Part shown: positions 12,652 through 26,235 of the stretch, piece by piece
Layout: the number at the start of each line of letters is the position of its first letter
How positions within the stretch are numbered: the first letter of the stretch is position 1
From: Octopus sinensis
Taxonomy: Eukaryota
Direction: 5' to 3'
Assembly: GCF_006345805.1 (NCBI RefSeq)
Contig: NC_043021.1
Span: 19,716,001-19,780,000 of the forward strand
DNA: 64,000 bases
Made by a program: the position numbers and the translations under genes
Notes under the pieces: generated by a model
Database searches by the model: none
What the model was told of the DNA's origin: nothing
Seen by the model: the letters and a program-made list of their open reading frames with translations, nothing else

Positions 12652-15600
12652 TTGTCCCCCTAGCATTGCTTGACAACCAATGCTGGTGTGTTTACGTCAC
12701 CGTCACTTAGCGGTTCGGCAAAAAAAAAAACGATAGAATAAGTACTGGGCTTACAAAGAATAACTCCCGGGGTTGATTTGCTCGACTAAAGGCGGTGCTC
12801 CAGCATGGCCACAGTCAAATGACTGAAACAAGTAAAAGAGAGAGAGAGAGAGAGAGAGAGTAAAGAGAACATGCAGTGGAACGGAACCTGAAACCATGTG
12901 GCTGGGAAGCTAATGTGGTACCACATGGCCACACCTGCCTTAACAAACATACTCAAGGTATAATCCTATATATGCCAGACCAACCCATTGCCACCCACGC
13001 TTTCATACCCACACACCTCAGGCTTGAGTTTGCAAACCACCACCCCCACACACACACACACACCAACAATGTCCCACTCCTATACGGATGATATCACCCA
13101 TCATTTGTTCATCAAATTCTGTACTGACTTCCTGAAAACACTAATTAGTCATAACAACCTTGCTTCCACCACACCACCACAGGCACAGAGAGATGCTACA
13201 CTAGTGTACGTCACCGCGCCCTGTCAATATGGGCTGCATGCGGCAAGAACCTCAATCTTCATGGCTCTTCCTCTTTCAGGCCAGAGAAACTAACCCCATA
13301 CAAGGCTCAAACGAGACCCACAACTGTTCCCATATCTCAGAGATCTTGTTATATATGTAAATATATATATATATATCATCCTATATCATCTATACATATA
13401 ACATCGTATATCATGGTATATACAAACATACATGCACACATACAGACATTCTTTTACTCTTTTACTTGTTTCAGTCATTTGACTGCAGCCATGCTGGAGC
13501 ACCGCCTTTAGTCGAGCAAATCGACCCCAGGACTTATTCTATCGGTCTCTTTTGCCGAACCACTAAGTGGCAGGGACATAAACACACCAGCATCAGTTGT
13601 CAAGCAATGCTAGGGGGACAAACGCAGACACACAAACACACACATGCATATATATATGACGGGCTTCTTTCAGTTTCCGTCTACCAAATCCACTCACAAG
13701 GCTTTGGTCAGCCCGAGGCTATAGTAAAAGACACTTACCCAAGGTGCCATGCAGTGGGACTGAACCCGGAACCATGTGGATGATAAGCCACTCCTATATA
13801 TATATATCTCATTGAACACACAAGTTCTTGTCCAATCACCGAAGTTAAGCAACATCGAGACTAGTCAGTACTTACTAGTGTACCCCCACTCCCACCCCAT
13901 CATCGCTTGACAACCGGTGCTGGTGTGTTTACGTCCCTGTAACTTAGCGTTTCGACAAAGGAGACCAACAGAATAAGTACCAGGCTTCAAACAATAGAAA
14001 GAAATACTGGAGTCAATTCATTCGACTAAAACATTCAAGGTGGTGCCCCAGCATGACCACAACACACACATCTATATAAAACATCCTGTCATATACACTC
14101 ATACTGTCATCTTTGACAACATGAAAACTGCCACCTGATCGAGTGGCGTATATCGATCACCATTACCTCTAACCTGCAGACAAGCCATCACCCTGTGGTC
14201 CTTGCTCCTCATCTTCCTTACCACCCCATTGTGACGCAACACTTAATACAATATCCTATCTTTGCTTATCACCTGTTTCCGTCATTGTTGGACACCGCTT
14301 TGAAGGGTTTCATCGCACAATTCGACCCCTATCTTCTATTTCTAAGCCTGGTGCTTATTCCAGAAGTTAACGGGGACGTAAACAAACCAACACCGGGTGT
14401 CAAGCATCAGCGGGGGGGAGACACTTTTCAGTTTCTGCCCACCAAATCCACTTACAAGGCTTTTTGGTCGACCCGAGACTACAGTAAGAAAGGTATGTTG
14501 ACAGGGTACCCGAGGTGCACATGTTATCGGGGGTGAGGGGTCCTCCCCACCTTACGACCAACATTACTTGAGTATCACCAAGTGTCGTCCAAACTTTTGT
14601 GGCCATGGTTGAAGACGTCCTAGCCACACCAACAAAAGAAGAATTATAAAAATGCACCATAGTTTGGCTGTGTGGCAAGTAGCTTGCTAACCAACCACAT
14701 GGTTCCGGGTTCAGTCCCACTGCGTGGCATCTTGGGCTAGTGTCTTCTGCTACAGCCCCAGGCCGACCAATGCTTCGTGAGTGGATTTGGTAGACGGAAA
14801 CTGAAAGAAGCCTGTCGTATATATATATGTATGTGTGTGTTTGTGTGTCTGTGTTTGGCCCCCTAGCATTGCTTGATAACCAATGCTGGTGTGTTTACGT
14901 CCCCGTAACTTAGCGGTTCGGCAAAAAGAGACTGATAGAATAAGTACTGAGCTTACAAAGAATAAGTCCCGGGGTCGATTTGCTCGACTAAAGGCGGTGC
15001 TCCAGCATGGCCGCAATCAAATGACTGAAACAAGTAAAAGAGTAATATATATATATAAGACACGTGTGTATACACAACATATACACGTGTGTAAATAATG
15101 TGTGTGTGTGTGTTTCATTGTTTAAATGAATGAAGATGCTTTATCTGAAATATTTGCAATAGAGGTGGGCCCAGAGCGAAGGAAATCTTTTTTAAACCAC
15201 AGCATCGAAAGGGTGGGATTTCTGTCTTAACGGTAATTGAATCTGCGAGTGGTGTAAATCCAACATCGTTTCTCTTTGCTAAAGACAAAAAGAGGCGAAA
15301 TGCTCGGTGTTAGTAATTGAAAAGACGGGAATAAAAGAGGCTCTTCTTGCTGAGGAGGCCTCGAACAATGTGTGTGAGTGAGTGAGTGAGTGAGTGAGTG
15401 TGTGTGGCTTGCTTGACACATTGTGCCAACCAACCAACTGTGAAATCGAACGGGAATTTCACAATGAAGGTGAAGGTGGGAGACAAGGAATAAAAGAGAG
15501 AGAGAAGGAGAAATATGGTGGATTTTTGTATCATGTGGGCTGCATGCGAAAGAAAGAGACAAAGTGAAGTTGAATGTAGAGCCGTTTGGTTAGTAAAGTA

Positions 15601-16589
15601 GCCCAGGTTAAGTCCTAATCGAGCAGGCAGACACATATTATCAAAGGCACTCCAGTCGTGACCATCCCGTTTTTTGGCTTTGTTTCTTTTACTGCATATG
15701 TACCGTATTAATCATCAACAATCAAACGGCACTTCAAACAACGACCATTCTTGCACTTTAAGGAGAATCTAGGACTGACTTGACTACATGAGCAAAATGC
15801 AGTCTTTTATTCTTAAGAAGACGGCAGATGATTTTGAGAGATTTTGTCGATCGACACCTTCGACGGGGCCACAGCTTAGTATTTATTTGATAGCGATTTG
15901 AAACTTCCACACAAAAAACACAGGATACAGTTTGAGAGAAGAAGAAAGAAGAAAAAAACAGAACAAAGCAACCGCTCTCGACATGTTATCAACAGCAGTT
16001 AAATGTCTCTCGATTCATACACAACTGCCTTAAATACAAACGGAATCATACGACACAATAGGGAGGGAATATCGTAGATCTACTCCGGGGGGAATTCGAC
16101 CATTTTTTGGCCCCCTGTGGACCCCCTCTGATTTCCGTTTTGCCCAACTTGCATCCCTCATAGACATTCGATGTTTAAAAGTCCTATTGTATTCTTTTTT
16201 TTATTAAATATTATTATTATAAGGAATTGCAGAAAAAAATTGTTAAAATGTTTCGTGTATTGTGGAATTGTAATAAAATTTATTGCACAAACTTAAACAA
16301 CAAAATCTTGTATGAACCCCCCACCGAGGGTCTTCTTATAAAGGACCTCAATTGAGGACTACTGATCTCTAAAAAAAAGAGACTGACTTGGCATGGAGCT
16401 AAACAAAGTCCTGCCAAAACCATCACATCAGAATTGTATATGGTTTGAGTACGTTGTATAATGTAGTCTTAGATACATTGCGCCATCGAAAAACACAACG
16501 GAAAAAAAAACGTTGGAGAACGCTTTGACTGCTCGATCAGACGACCTAGGGTTAAACAACTCCCCAAACACGTGCAAGTTTATATACAC

Positions 16590-16620
<31 letters not shown>

Positions 16621-16850
16621 CATACATGTGTATGCGTGTAAATATATAAATATATACACACGCACACACCTTCAACTATCGTCCCTTTAAAAACTGTCCA
16701 GGCTTAGCACTTTGTTTAGTGTAATATACATCTGGTGTGTCTATATATACATATATATATATATGTATATATATATATACATACACACACACATACATAC
16801 ATATATATAATGCAGATATTTACATATATGTACGTATATATACACACACA

Positions 16851-17140
16851 CACACAAGTATATGTACATACAAATACAGAAGTACACACACGCATATATA
16901 TACATATATATGTATACATGTGTGTATACACCCCATACATCATATATACACACACACACATGTAATCTTATTGTATACGTTGATGTATGGGGTGTATACA
17001 CACACAAGTATATATGTACATACGAATACAGAAGTACACACACGCATATATACACATGTATACATGTGTGTGTATACACCCCATACATCAACGTATACAA
17101 TAAGATTACATGTGTGTGTGTGTGTATATATATATGATGT
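16851..17140. repeat. direct duplication with interposed inverted segment
   Basis: 16851-16942 is repeated at 17001-17090. 16937-17005 is the reverse complement of 17066-17140. Confidence 0.85.
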
Positions 17141-17650
17141 GCTCTAGACCATGGCTTTTAGTTTGGCTTGATGTCGGACGAGAGGAAAAAAAATATCAAT
17201 AAGTTTATCCCGGAAATTAGCGAAGAACTGGTTGGGTGATAGCAATGGCAGAGGAAACTAATTTACTAGTAATAATAACCTACACACTGTAGAGATATAT
17301 GTGTGTGTGTATATATATATATATACTGGCGGCAGAGTGAATAACAATTAAACAGGCTACCGAGATGTATAATAAGTGTATAGGGTGTGTGTGTATACAC
17401 ACACTGTAATATGAAATACTGCCAGTGTAGAACAATTAAAGTCAAGATGTGTATGTGTGTATATATATATTGTGGCAATATATATGTATATATAATACAA
17501 TGTGTGTATACATGCGATATACTTTTATACTGACAGTAAAACAACTATACAGGCTACAGAGATATGTGTGTAGGGGGTATACATACTATATATTATATAC
17601 TGCCAGTGTAGAACAATTAATGTCAAGATGTGTATGTGTGTGTGTGTGTG

Positions 17651-17700
<50 letters not shown>

Positions 17701-18429
17701 GGCAATATATATGTATATATAATATGTGTGTGTATACATGCGATTATACTTTTATACTGACAGTAAAACAACTATACAGGCTATAGAGATACGTGTGTGG
17801 AGGGGGTATATATACTATATATTATATGCTGCCAGAGAGTGGTACAATTAAACAAGGCTACATGTATGTATAATTGTGAGGGTAGACGTACTATACACTA
17901 TATGCTGCCAGTGTGTGTGGAGCAATTGAACACATGTATTTAATGGCATAAATGAGGTATGCGAATGTATATTACAGGCTACCAGAGTGTAGAATAAATG
18001 AATTCACACACACACGCATATATATATATATACACACACATGTGTGTGTGTATATATACAACGGCTTTAGTACAAAGGCGATATTTGGTAGATGACAATG
18101 ATGATTGTTGTAGGTGGTAAATGTTTAGTAAATCTTCATTGTCAGCTCCGAGTTGAGGCGTTCTGGCCGCGACCATCGCTTCTAGTTTCGTTTGTTAGTT
18201 TGTTTCTTTTATTTCGGAAATGAATGTATCGAGGCTTTTGTTTTTTTATAGTTTTTTGGGTGGTTTCTTTGTGTTTTTTTTTAATATGACAAAGAAAAAA
18301 TATTTGGTAGCTGTTTGTATGTAACTGGGCGAACGACTATGGAGCGAGTGGCTGCCGTTTCGTGTGTGGTCACCGCCGAGGATTATAAAAAAAAAAAGCA
18401 ACCCAGGGTGGAAACGAAAGCCAAGATCA

Positions 18430-19155
18430 AGGGTTCGATTCCACATACAGATATAAATATCATATATGTGTGTGTGTGTGTATGTATATAAACAGAGGGT
18501 GGGGATGAAAAACATGTTTATGTATATAAATACCTATATATAAATATACAGCATGTGTGTATGTATGTATATATATATACAATATATACACAAATATATA
18601 TTGATTCCACATACATAGATATAAATATAATATAGGTACTTGTATCGCAGTGTGTATATAAATACCTATATATAAATATACAGCATGTGTGTATGTATAT
18701 ATACAATATATACACAAATATATATCGATTCCACATACATAGATATAAATATATATATATATATGTATGTATATAAACAGGGGGTGGGGATGAAAGACAT
18801 GTTTATGTATATAAATATACAGCATGTGTGTATGTATATATACACAAATATATATCGATTCTACATACATAGATATAAATATAATATATATATATACATA
18901 TATGTATGTATATAAACTGGGGGTGGGGATGAAAAACATGTTTATGTATATAAATGCCTATATATAAATATACAGCATGTGTGTATGTAGATATACAATA
19001 TATACACAAATATATATCGATTCCACATACATAGATATATATATATATATGTATGTATATATGTATATAAACAGGGGGTGGGGATGAAAAACATGTTTAT
19101 GTATATAAATATACAGCATGTGTGTATGTATATATACAATATATACACAAATGTA
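18430..19155. repeat. microsatellite-rich tandem repeat (~120-170 bp units)
   Basis: cgattccacatacatagat and gggggtggggatgaaaaacatgtttatg recur 4-5 times. Confidence 0.85.
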
Positions 19156-20640
19156 TAGAGGGGAAGAGAGAGAGAGAGACGGTGGTGGTTTTGATTTTAA
19201 AGATCCGCCGCCATTAGCATCTAACACGAGTCCGAGAGAAAGAAATAGTTTGGTGTTGGTGGATCACTATTTTGTATATGAGCAACCAAAAGGTGGTCGG
19301 GGAAGGAAATCGCGATTTTTAAGATAAAGAAAAAAGAGAAAGAAGAATCTCCTTTCTTTTTCTATCTTACACGTACACAAGACAAGACAAGACGAGAAAA
19401 ATAATCCCCCCCACGACCAGAATTTGCGGGTTCCAAACCACCCCACGGAACGAATTTCATTCATCGTCGCCTCTCGATTGAAAATAAGACGAGGTGAGAG
19501 AGAGAGGGGGGGAGCAGAGAAAGAGATTTTTCACAAAAAGGCGCCTTGTATCTCTCGGCCGTCGTCTCCCCCCTCTCGGACGGATTTAGTCTTAATTAAA
19601 CATCGTTAGTCATTAATTTAATTAAAGATTTTTTTTTTCACTTTGGGAAACCTATACGCTTTCCTTTTTTTATCTCTTCGGGTGTCTTTTCTTTTTTTTC
19701 TCTCTCTATCTATCTATCTATCTCTATCTTTTTGTTTTCTGTTATAGTTCTTTTTCGTATAAATAAAAAAAAATTAATAGTAAAACCACCACCACCCATT
19801 GTTGACTGTGGTTTCCCCCCCACCCACACAAAAACGACCGGTAAAACGATGGTAAGAGGGCGGTAAAACAATAGTTCCAGGGGGGGGGAGAAAATATGTA
19901 CTTTGAGAGAGAGAAAAGCGAAAGACATTGGTGTTACGTATGTGGTTATTATTGAAGACCGATTTGGTCAACTTATTGTTGAAGTCCTGCTTGGCAATTG
20001 ACACAGAGCCGAGCAGAGAGAGAAAGCTTATCAAAAGCGTTCCAGGCAGGGCCATCCTGTCTGTTTCAATTCTATAAAAACCTAGTTATAAAGCTAAATT
20101 ATGTTACTTTCTGCAAATCTCTTAAGAGTAATAATCTTACTATATTCCCAGTGTCCTCCATGTATCTTTTTCAGACCGGTAAAGTTGAATTTAAAATGGA
20201 ATTCGGTGGATGACTACTTTCCAATAATAAGTGCAAACAGCTACATTAAGGAAAGGTCCTTCATGTTGGCGCGTTATTCTGATGCCAGGCTTCGCTCTCT
20301 CTCTCTCCCCCCCCCCCACACACACACACTCTTCATGGTAGACCTGCGATGACCAAAACATTCCAGCCGTGACCACACCGCCTGTCTATATAAATATATA
20401 TCTGAAAATTATAAATAGTGGTCATATATGAACGACTTTTATTATCTAATTTTACCGTTCCTTTGAGGGAGAAAGGTTTCAAAAAACGATAGCTGGGGAT
20501 AGGGATAAGAAGAGATAGGATGTGTGAAAGTGAGAGTTTGTGGGAGAGATTTTTGATATTATTCCTTTTCTTTACAGGAACCCCGTCTTGCTTAACTGCA
20601 CAGGATTGAACTAAAAATATTCTGTTGTTATTTGTTTCCA

Positions 20641-21887
20641 TTTAAAAAAGGCGGTTTGTAGGTAGGATGGATGTATGAAGTGAGTTCCAAGGGGTTTCTG
20701 GCTGTTATTTGTATTTCTCTCTAGGGACTACGTATTATTATTACTATTATAAGGACCCTATTCAGGTTTATATTTACTATAATTATTTTGTTAATTGTTT
20801 CTATTTAAATAAGGCGGTATGTGGGTAGGATGGATGTATGAAGTGATTTTCATGGGGGTTTTGGCTGTTATTTGTATTTCTCTCTAGGGACTACATATCA
20901 TCATAAGGACCCTATTCAGTTTACATTTACTATAATTATTTTGTTAATTGTTTCTATTTAAATAAGGCGGTATGTGGGTAGGATGGATGTATGAAGTGAG
21001 TTCCAAGGGGTTTCTGGCTGTTATTTGTATTTCTCTGTAGGGACTACATATCATCATAAGGACCTTATTCAGGTTTATAATTACTGTAGTTATTTTGTAG
21101 TTTGTTTCCATTTAAAAAAGGCGGTTTGTAGGTAGGATGGATGTATGAAGTGATTTTCATGGGGATTTTGGCTGTTATTTCTATTTCTATCTAGGGACTA
21201 CATATTCTTATAAGGACCCTATTCAGGTTACATTTACTATAATTATTTTGTTAATTGTTTCTATTTAAATAAGGCGGTATGTGGGTAGGATGGATGTATG
21301 AAGTGAGTTCCAAGGGGTTTCTGGCTGTTATTTGTATTTCTCTCTAGGGACTACGTATTATTATTACTATTATAAGGACCCTATTCAGGTTTATATTACT
21401 ATAATTATTTTGTTAATTGTTTCTATTTAAATAAGGCGGTATGTGGGTAGGATGGATGTATGAAGTGATTTTCATGGGGGTTTTGGCTGTTATTTGTATT
21501 TCTCTCTAGGGACTACATATCATCATAAGGACCCTATTCAGGTTTACATTTACTATAATTATTTTATTTGTTTCTAATTAAATAAGGCGGTGTGTGGGTA
21601 GGATGTATGAAGTGATTTTCATGGGGATTTTGGCTGTTATTTCTATTTCTATCTAGGGACTACATATTCTTATAAGGACCCTATTCAGGTTTATATTTAC
21701 TATAGTTATTTTGTTATTTGTTTCTAATTAATTAAGGCGGTGTATGGGTAGGGTGTATGAAGAAGTGATTTTCATGAGGATTTTGGCTGTTATTTGTATT
21801 TCTCTGTAGGGACTACATATCATCATAAGGACCTTATTCAGGTTTATAATTACTGTAGTTATTTTGTAGTTTGTTTCCATTTAAATA
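20641..21887. repeat. satellite array, 8 monomers of 150-163 bp
   Basis: aaggcgg anchor at 20648, 20811, 20964, 21118, 21271, 21433, 21584 and 21734. Confidence 0.95.
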
Positions 21888-22025
21888 AACAAAAATACCG
21901 AAGTAAACAAACACATGACTTCAATAAAAAATGGTTTGATTTTTTTTTTTTTTTGAAAGAAAGAAAAAATACTTTTTTTTTTTTTTAAATGAATGCAAAT
22001 ATAATAAAAGAGACGGCGGACTTAC

Positions 22026-22138
22026 TCGTAATCACGAAATATTTCGTTTGTTAATTTACAATGGAAAACTTCCTCGTCAGGATCGAGATCCGGCGGTGGC
22101 TTTTGTTTCTGAAAAGGCTGCCTTCTCAACAGCGGCAT
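22026..22138 (-). CDS. BAZ1A: BAZ1A/ACF1 (bromodomain adjacent to zinc finger 1A), first coding exon, start of WAC domain; remaining exons not found in window
   Basis: ccaagATG then MPLLRRQPFQKQKPPPDLDPDEEVFHCKLTNEIFRDY+GA|gtaagt (113 nt, phase 2). Closely matches the recalled human N-terminus MPLLHRKPFVRQKPPADLRPDEEVFYCKVTNEIFRHYD. Confidence 0.93.
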
Positions 22139-22249
22139 CTTGGAGGAGGAGGGAGAAAAAAATAGTGATTTTTTTTTTTTTTTTTTTTTGGAGGGAAAAA
22201 CTTAAAAAAAAAAAACAGACAGGTTTTTCGAGCGGTCGGTCGGAATAGA

Positions 22250-23520
22250 AACACAAGGTTCCAACCTCAAAATAAAATTAAAAAAGCGGCCAAGAAAAAA
22301 GCGGCCGCCGTTCACTTCCTGCTGACTTCTACTGCGTTGCTAAGGCTTTCCCTTCTTTCTTTCTTTCTTTTTTTTTTAGATAGACAGATAGAGAGAACAG
22401 AGGGGGGAAACAGGCAGGCAGAGAGAGAGAGAGAGAGAAAGAGAAGAGGTTTTTCAAAAAACAGAAATGTGTGTTTAGGTGTTTTAATATGAAATTCAGA
22501 GAATATTTTTCGAGTGTGAAGAATGGAGCAGGAGAGAGAAAGAGATAGAGAAAATAGGGCTACTTCTAATGGTTTTAGAAAAATCCACAACACCTTCAAG
22601 ACTGATAAGAAAACCCAGAGAAACAACAACCACGATCTTCTTTTTATCCTACAGTTTGATTTCGTTTCGGCTGTCAGCTTCTTTCGTTTTCCGTCTTTCT
22701 CTCTCCGCTTTCTCTATCTACCTACCTCTCTCTTTGTGCATGTATGTATCTATTTCCCCCTCTTTCTACTCTCTCTGTCTATCTTCCTCTTGCTTACTTA
22801 CAAAGAGGTCAGACGCTGACCAACAGACTAAAAAGAAAGCTTCGATTTTGTTTGTTTTTTTCTTCCTTTTTCGTATCTTTTTTTTTTTTCTTTCAAGCAA
22901 TAACCGGGGTTGCAGGGGAGTAGAAAGAGGCAGGGTTTCGTTGTCGTCGTCGTCGTGGTCGAGAGAGATTCCGATCATCAAAGTAAACCAAGCAGGACGA
23001 CATCTTCCAGGTTGGCGTCGACGAAGAGAACTTATTGTCTTATTGCTTCTTCTTTTTTTTTTTTCTCTTGTTTTGGCTTTGATTCGGGTTCGATTTAAAC
23101 GACGTCGAAGGTGACCGATGGCTGGGTTGTATGATCGATCACCTTTTTACATTTTCGGTCGATTTATCCAGCTTTGCAATTCCGTCAAGAATGTGAATTT
23201 AGTCCTTTTCCTTATTTGTTTTTACCGCTGTTTATTTTTTGTTGATGTTGTGGCCTTTATTTATTTCTCTTTCCGACACATGTCGACAGTATATTTCTCT
23301 TTACACTTATTATATTTTTACCGGGACAAAAAGGTAAGCCCTGCCTCCAAAAACAACGTCTTTCCTTCTGATTGGTTACTTTCCTGCATGATTGACAGCT
23401 TATGTAAATGAATACAGCGGAAGTGAGCGGCACTTTCTTTTTGTTGTTTATTTCATCTATTTTTGTAGTATTTTTTGTGTGTTTATTGACGGCGTGACGT
23501 GAACGAGGCGGGGGTTTGTT
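22250..23520. promoter_or_regulatory. CpG-enriched, SINE-free promoter region of BAZ1A, possibly bidirectional
   Basis: High CpG density relative to flanks. ETS-like cacttcct (~22313) and gcggaagt (~23417), ATTGG (~23371), TGACGT (~23496) and a GC box-like ggcgggg (~23507). Confidence 0.6.
22802..23115 (-). other. putative non-coding 5' UTR exon of BAZ1A
   Basis: Strong minus-strand donor TTT|gtaagt at 22801 within the CpG-rich region. The 5' boundary is a guess. Confidence 0.35.
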
Positions 23521-25950
23521 TTTCTACACTTTTTTTTCAAAAACTGAAGAGTTCTTCTTTCTGACGATGAGTTACCTACCTTGTTTTACCCGCGCTATCC
23601 CGCCTCTATATATTGAGCAATTTTTTCAACCTCACCTCTACACACCATTGCGCTGTATTTTTACAGATTTTAATACAGCATCCGTATTTTTTCTTTTTTT
23701 TTTTTAAACCCCACTTCTTTCGGCATACCTACACAAGTGTACTCCGCCATCGATATCGTTTCGTCATAACTTTCAGTAAAGAACAGATATTTTTCCATTA
23801 AATTTTCTACAAACTCTTTTCAAATCGTGTAGGTTAGGATTATATCGGAATCTAATACTCTTTTACTTGTTTCAGTCATTTGACTGTGGCCATGCTTAAG
23901 CACCGCCTTTAGTCGAGCAAATCGACCCGAGGACTTATTCTTTGTAAGCCCAGTACTTATTCTATCGGTCTCTTTTTGCCGAACCGCTAAGTTACAGGGA
24001 CGTAAACACACCAGCATCGGTTGTCAAGCGATGTTGGGCAACAAACACAGACACACAAACATATACACACACATACACATATATATGCATATATACGACG
24101 GGCTTCTTTTCAGTTTCCGTCTACCAAATCCACTCACAGGGCTTTGGTCGGCCCGAGGCTTTAGTACAATGCACTTGCCCAAGGTGCCACGCAGTGGGAC
24201 TGAACCCGGAACCATGTGGTATGTAAGCAAGCTACTTACCACAGAGCCACTCTTACGCCTATGTGAACATTTTCTTTTTAATTAGTGAGCGGACACATAG
24301 ATATTGACAATCAGAATTTTTTTTTTTTTTTTCAAAATTTCATGTTTCATTTTGTAGCTATATTTAATGTATGTCATAATGTGTGCACACCCACCAGTTT
24401 TTTTTTTTTTTTCTACATTAAATTTTGATATAACACCTAAAAGGTATTTGCAGAAAATTTCATTAAAAACTATCTATTTTTCTGAAAGTTCTGCAAAAGC
24501 TAAGTCGATGAGAGACACATTTTAAATTTTATTTTAACTTTTTTACCAAAATATTTCTTAAAAAAGCACGTTTTCTCTCTTATTCGTCCTGCTTGAACGA
24601 AAACTTTGGGCCCTGTACTTCTACGGCCTCAGTACATTTTATTCAAATAATTTCTTCCCACCTGTACTGCTATTTTCTTTCTATCTCTTCCTGCCTAATA
24701 TCTTTTAAAAAAAGCGTCGCTTTTCTAACAAAAAAAATACCCAAACTTTACTCTATGCTTGGACTGGAACTGTAATTGGAGCTGGCAGAATCGTTAACGC
24801 AAAATGCTTGGCGGCATTTTGTCCGTCTTTAAGTTCAGGGTTCAAATGCTGCCGGGGTTGACTTCCCCTTCCATCGTTTCAGGGTCGATAAAATATATAC
24901 CAGTTGAACAACTGAGATCGATGTAAATTGCTTTGCCTTGTGCCAAAATTTGAAACCAATATTACATTTCACAGAGGCGGTAAGCCGGTAAAATCGTTAG
25001 CACACCGGGCAAAATGCTTAGCGGGATTTTTTTTTTTTTTTTCCTTCCTTTTGAGTTCAAATTCCGCTAAGATCGACTTTCCCCTTTCGGGGGTCGATAA
25101 AACAAGAACTAATTGAACACTTGGGTCAATGTAATCGACAGCTCCTCCCTTCAAAATTGCTAGCCTTGTGCCAAAGCTCTTGTTTTACACTCTCGAGTTT
25201 TAATATAGTATTTTTTTTTTTTCTCCCAAAAACATCACTGGCCAATTTTCTTTCCCCTCCACTTTTGGCTTTCATCACGATTTATTCAATTTCCAGATGT
25301 ATGGGCCGGCCGTTTAGGCCCGCATATCTTCCTTTCGTTCCGTTTCTCAATAAAGATCATGTTCGCTATGACTAAATAAAATCTCACATTTCTGGTTCAA
25401 GACAACAAGTCTTCATTACTTCTTTTACCTTACAACAAATTTCTTTATCCACAAAAATGTCACAAAACTCTACTTTCATTATTTTCCTCCTCCTCCTCTC
25501 TCTTTATCTATCTATCTATCTCTGCACTCCTCCTCCCTTGTTTCTCTTTTCTCTCCTCCTGCTACCCCTCTCGCCTCTTCTCCTTCCATCTCTTTCCCTC
25601 TCTGTCATTGTTAGTCTTTCTCTCTGCTCTCCCCTCTTGCTTTGTCCTCTCTGTTTATCGAACTATGATAATTTACCGTTATACGCCCGAACTCTGAACA
25701 CCCCCACACAAATATATATATATATATGTGAATATATGCATGTATATATATATATATATAAATACGTGTGTTCCTGAGACGTTTACGGCTATGCTAGGAT
25801 GACAGCTTAAAGTTCAGACAGCTTCAAACGAGCTGAGGAAACTTCAAACCCGCTAGAAATAGCAGTCAAATGTCTCTCAAAGTACACGGTACATTTTTTA
25901 AATAAGAAACGATACAATCCATACCCATTGGAAACTATACACAACACTCA

Positions 25951-26235
25951 GTCCCTGATTTACTAAAATACATAACGGAACAGTCACTATTGGAACGTCT
26001 TTGATCATAGGATATGTTCCCATCGCGGTTGACCCAGGGCTAAACGTGTGCGTGTATGTGTATGTGTGTGTGTGCGTAAATAAATACACACACACACATA
26101 AATAAAGTCCCTGATTTACTAAAATATATAACGGAACAGTCACTATTGGAACGTCTTTGATCATAGGGCAGGTTCCCATCGCGGTTGACCCAGGGCTAAA
26201 CGTGTGCGTGTGTGTGTGTGCGTAAATAAATATAT
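25951..26235. repeat. ~157 bp tandem duplication
   Basis: gtccctgatttactaaaat...gacccagggctaaacgtgtgcgtgt occurs twice, nearly identical. Confidence 0.9.

Noticed and set aside
17979-18176. Minus ORF MVAARTPQLGADNEDLLN... as a possible next BAZ1A exon
   Set aside because: No resemblance to the expected WAC continuation (FFERTILCNSLVWSC) and it runs into microsatellite. No such exon was found in 1-22025.
22569-23114. 181 aa plus-strand ORF in the BAZ1A promoter region
   Set aside because: Low-complexity F/L/S/R composition from poly-T and CT tracts; no recognisable domain.
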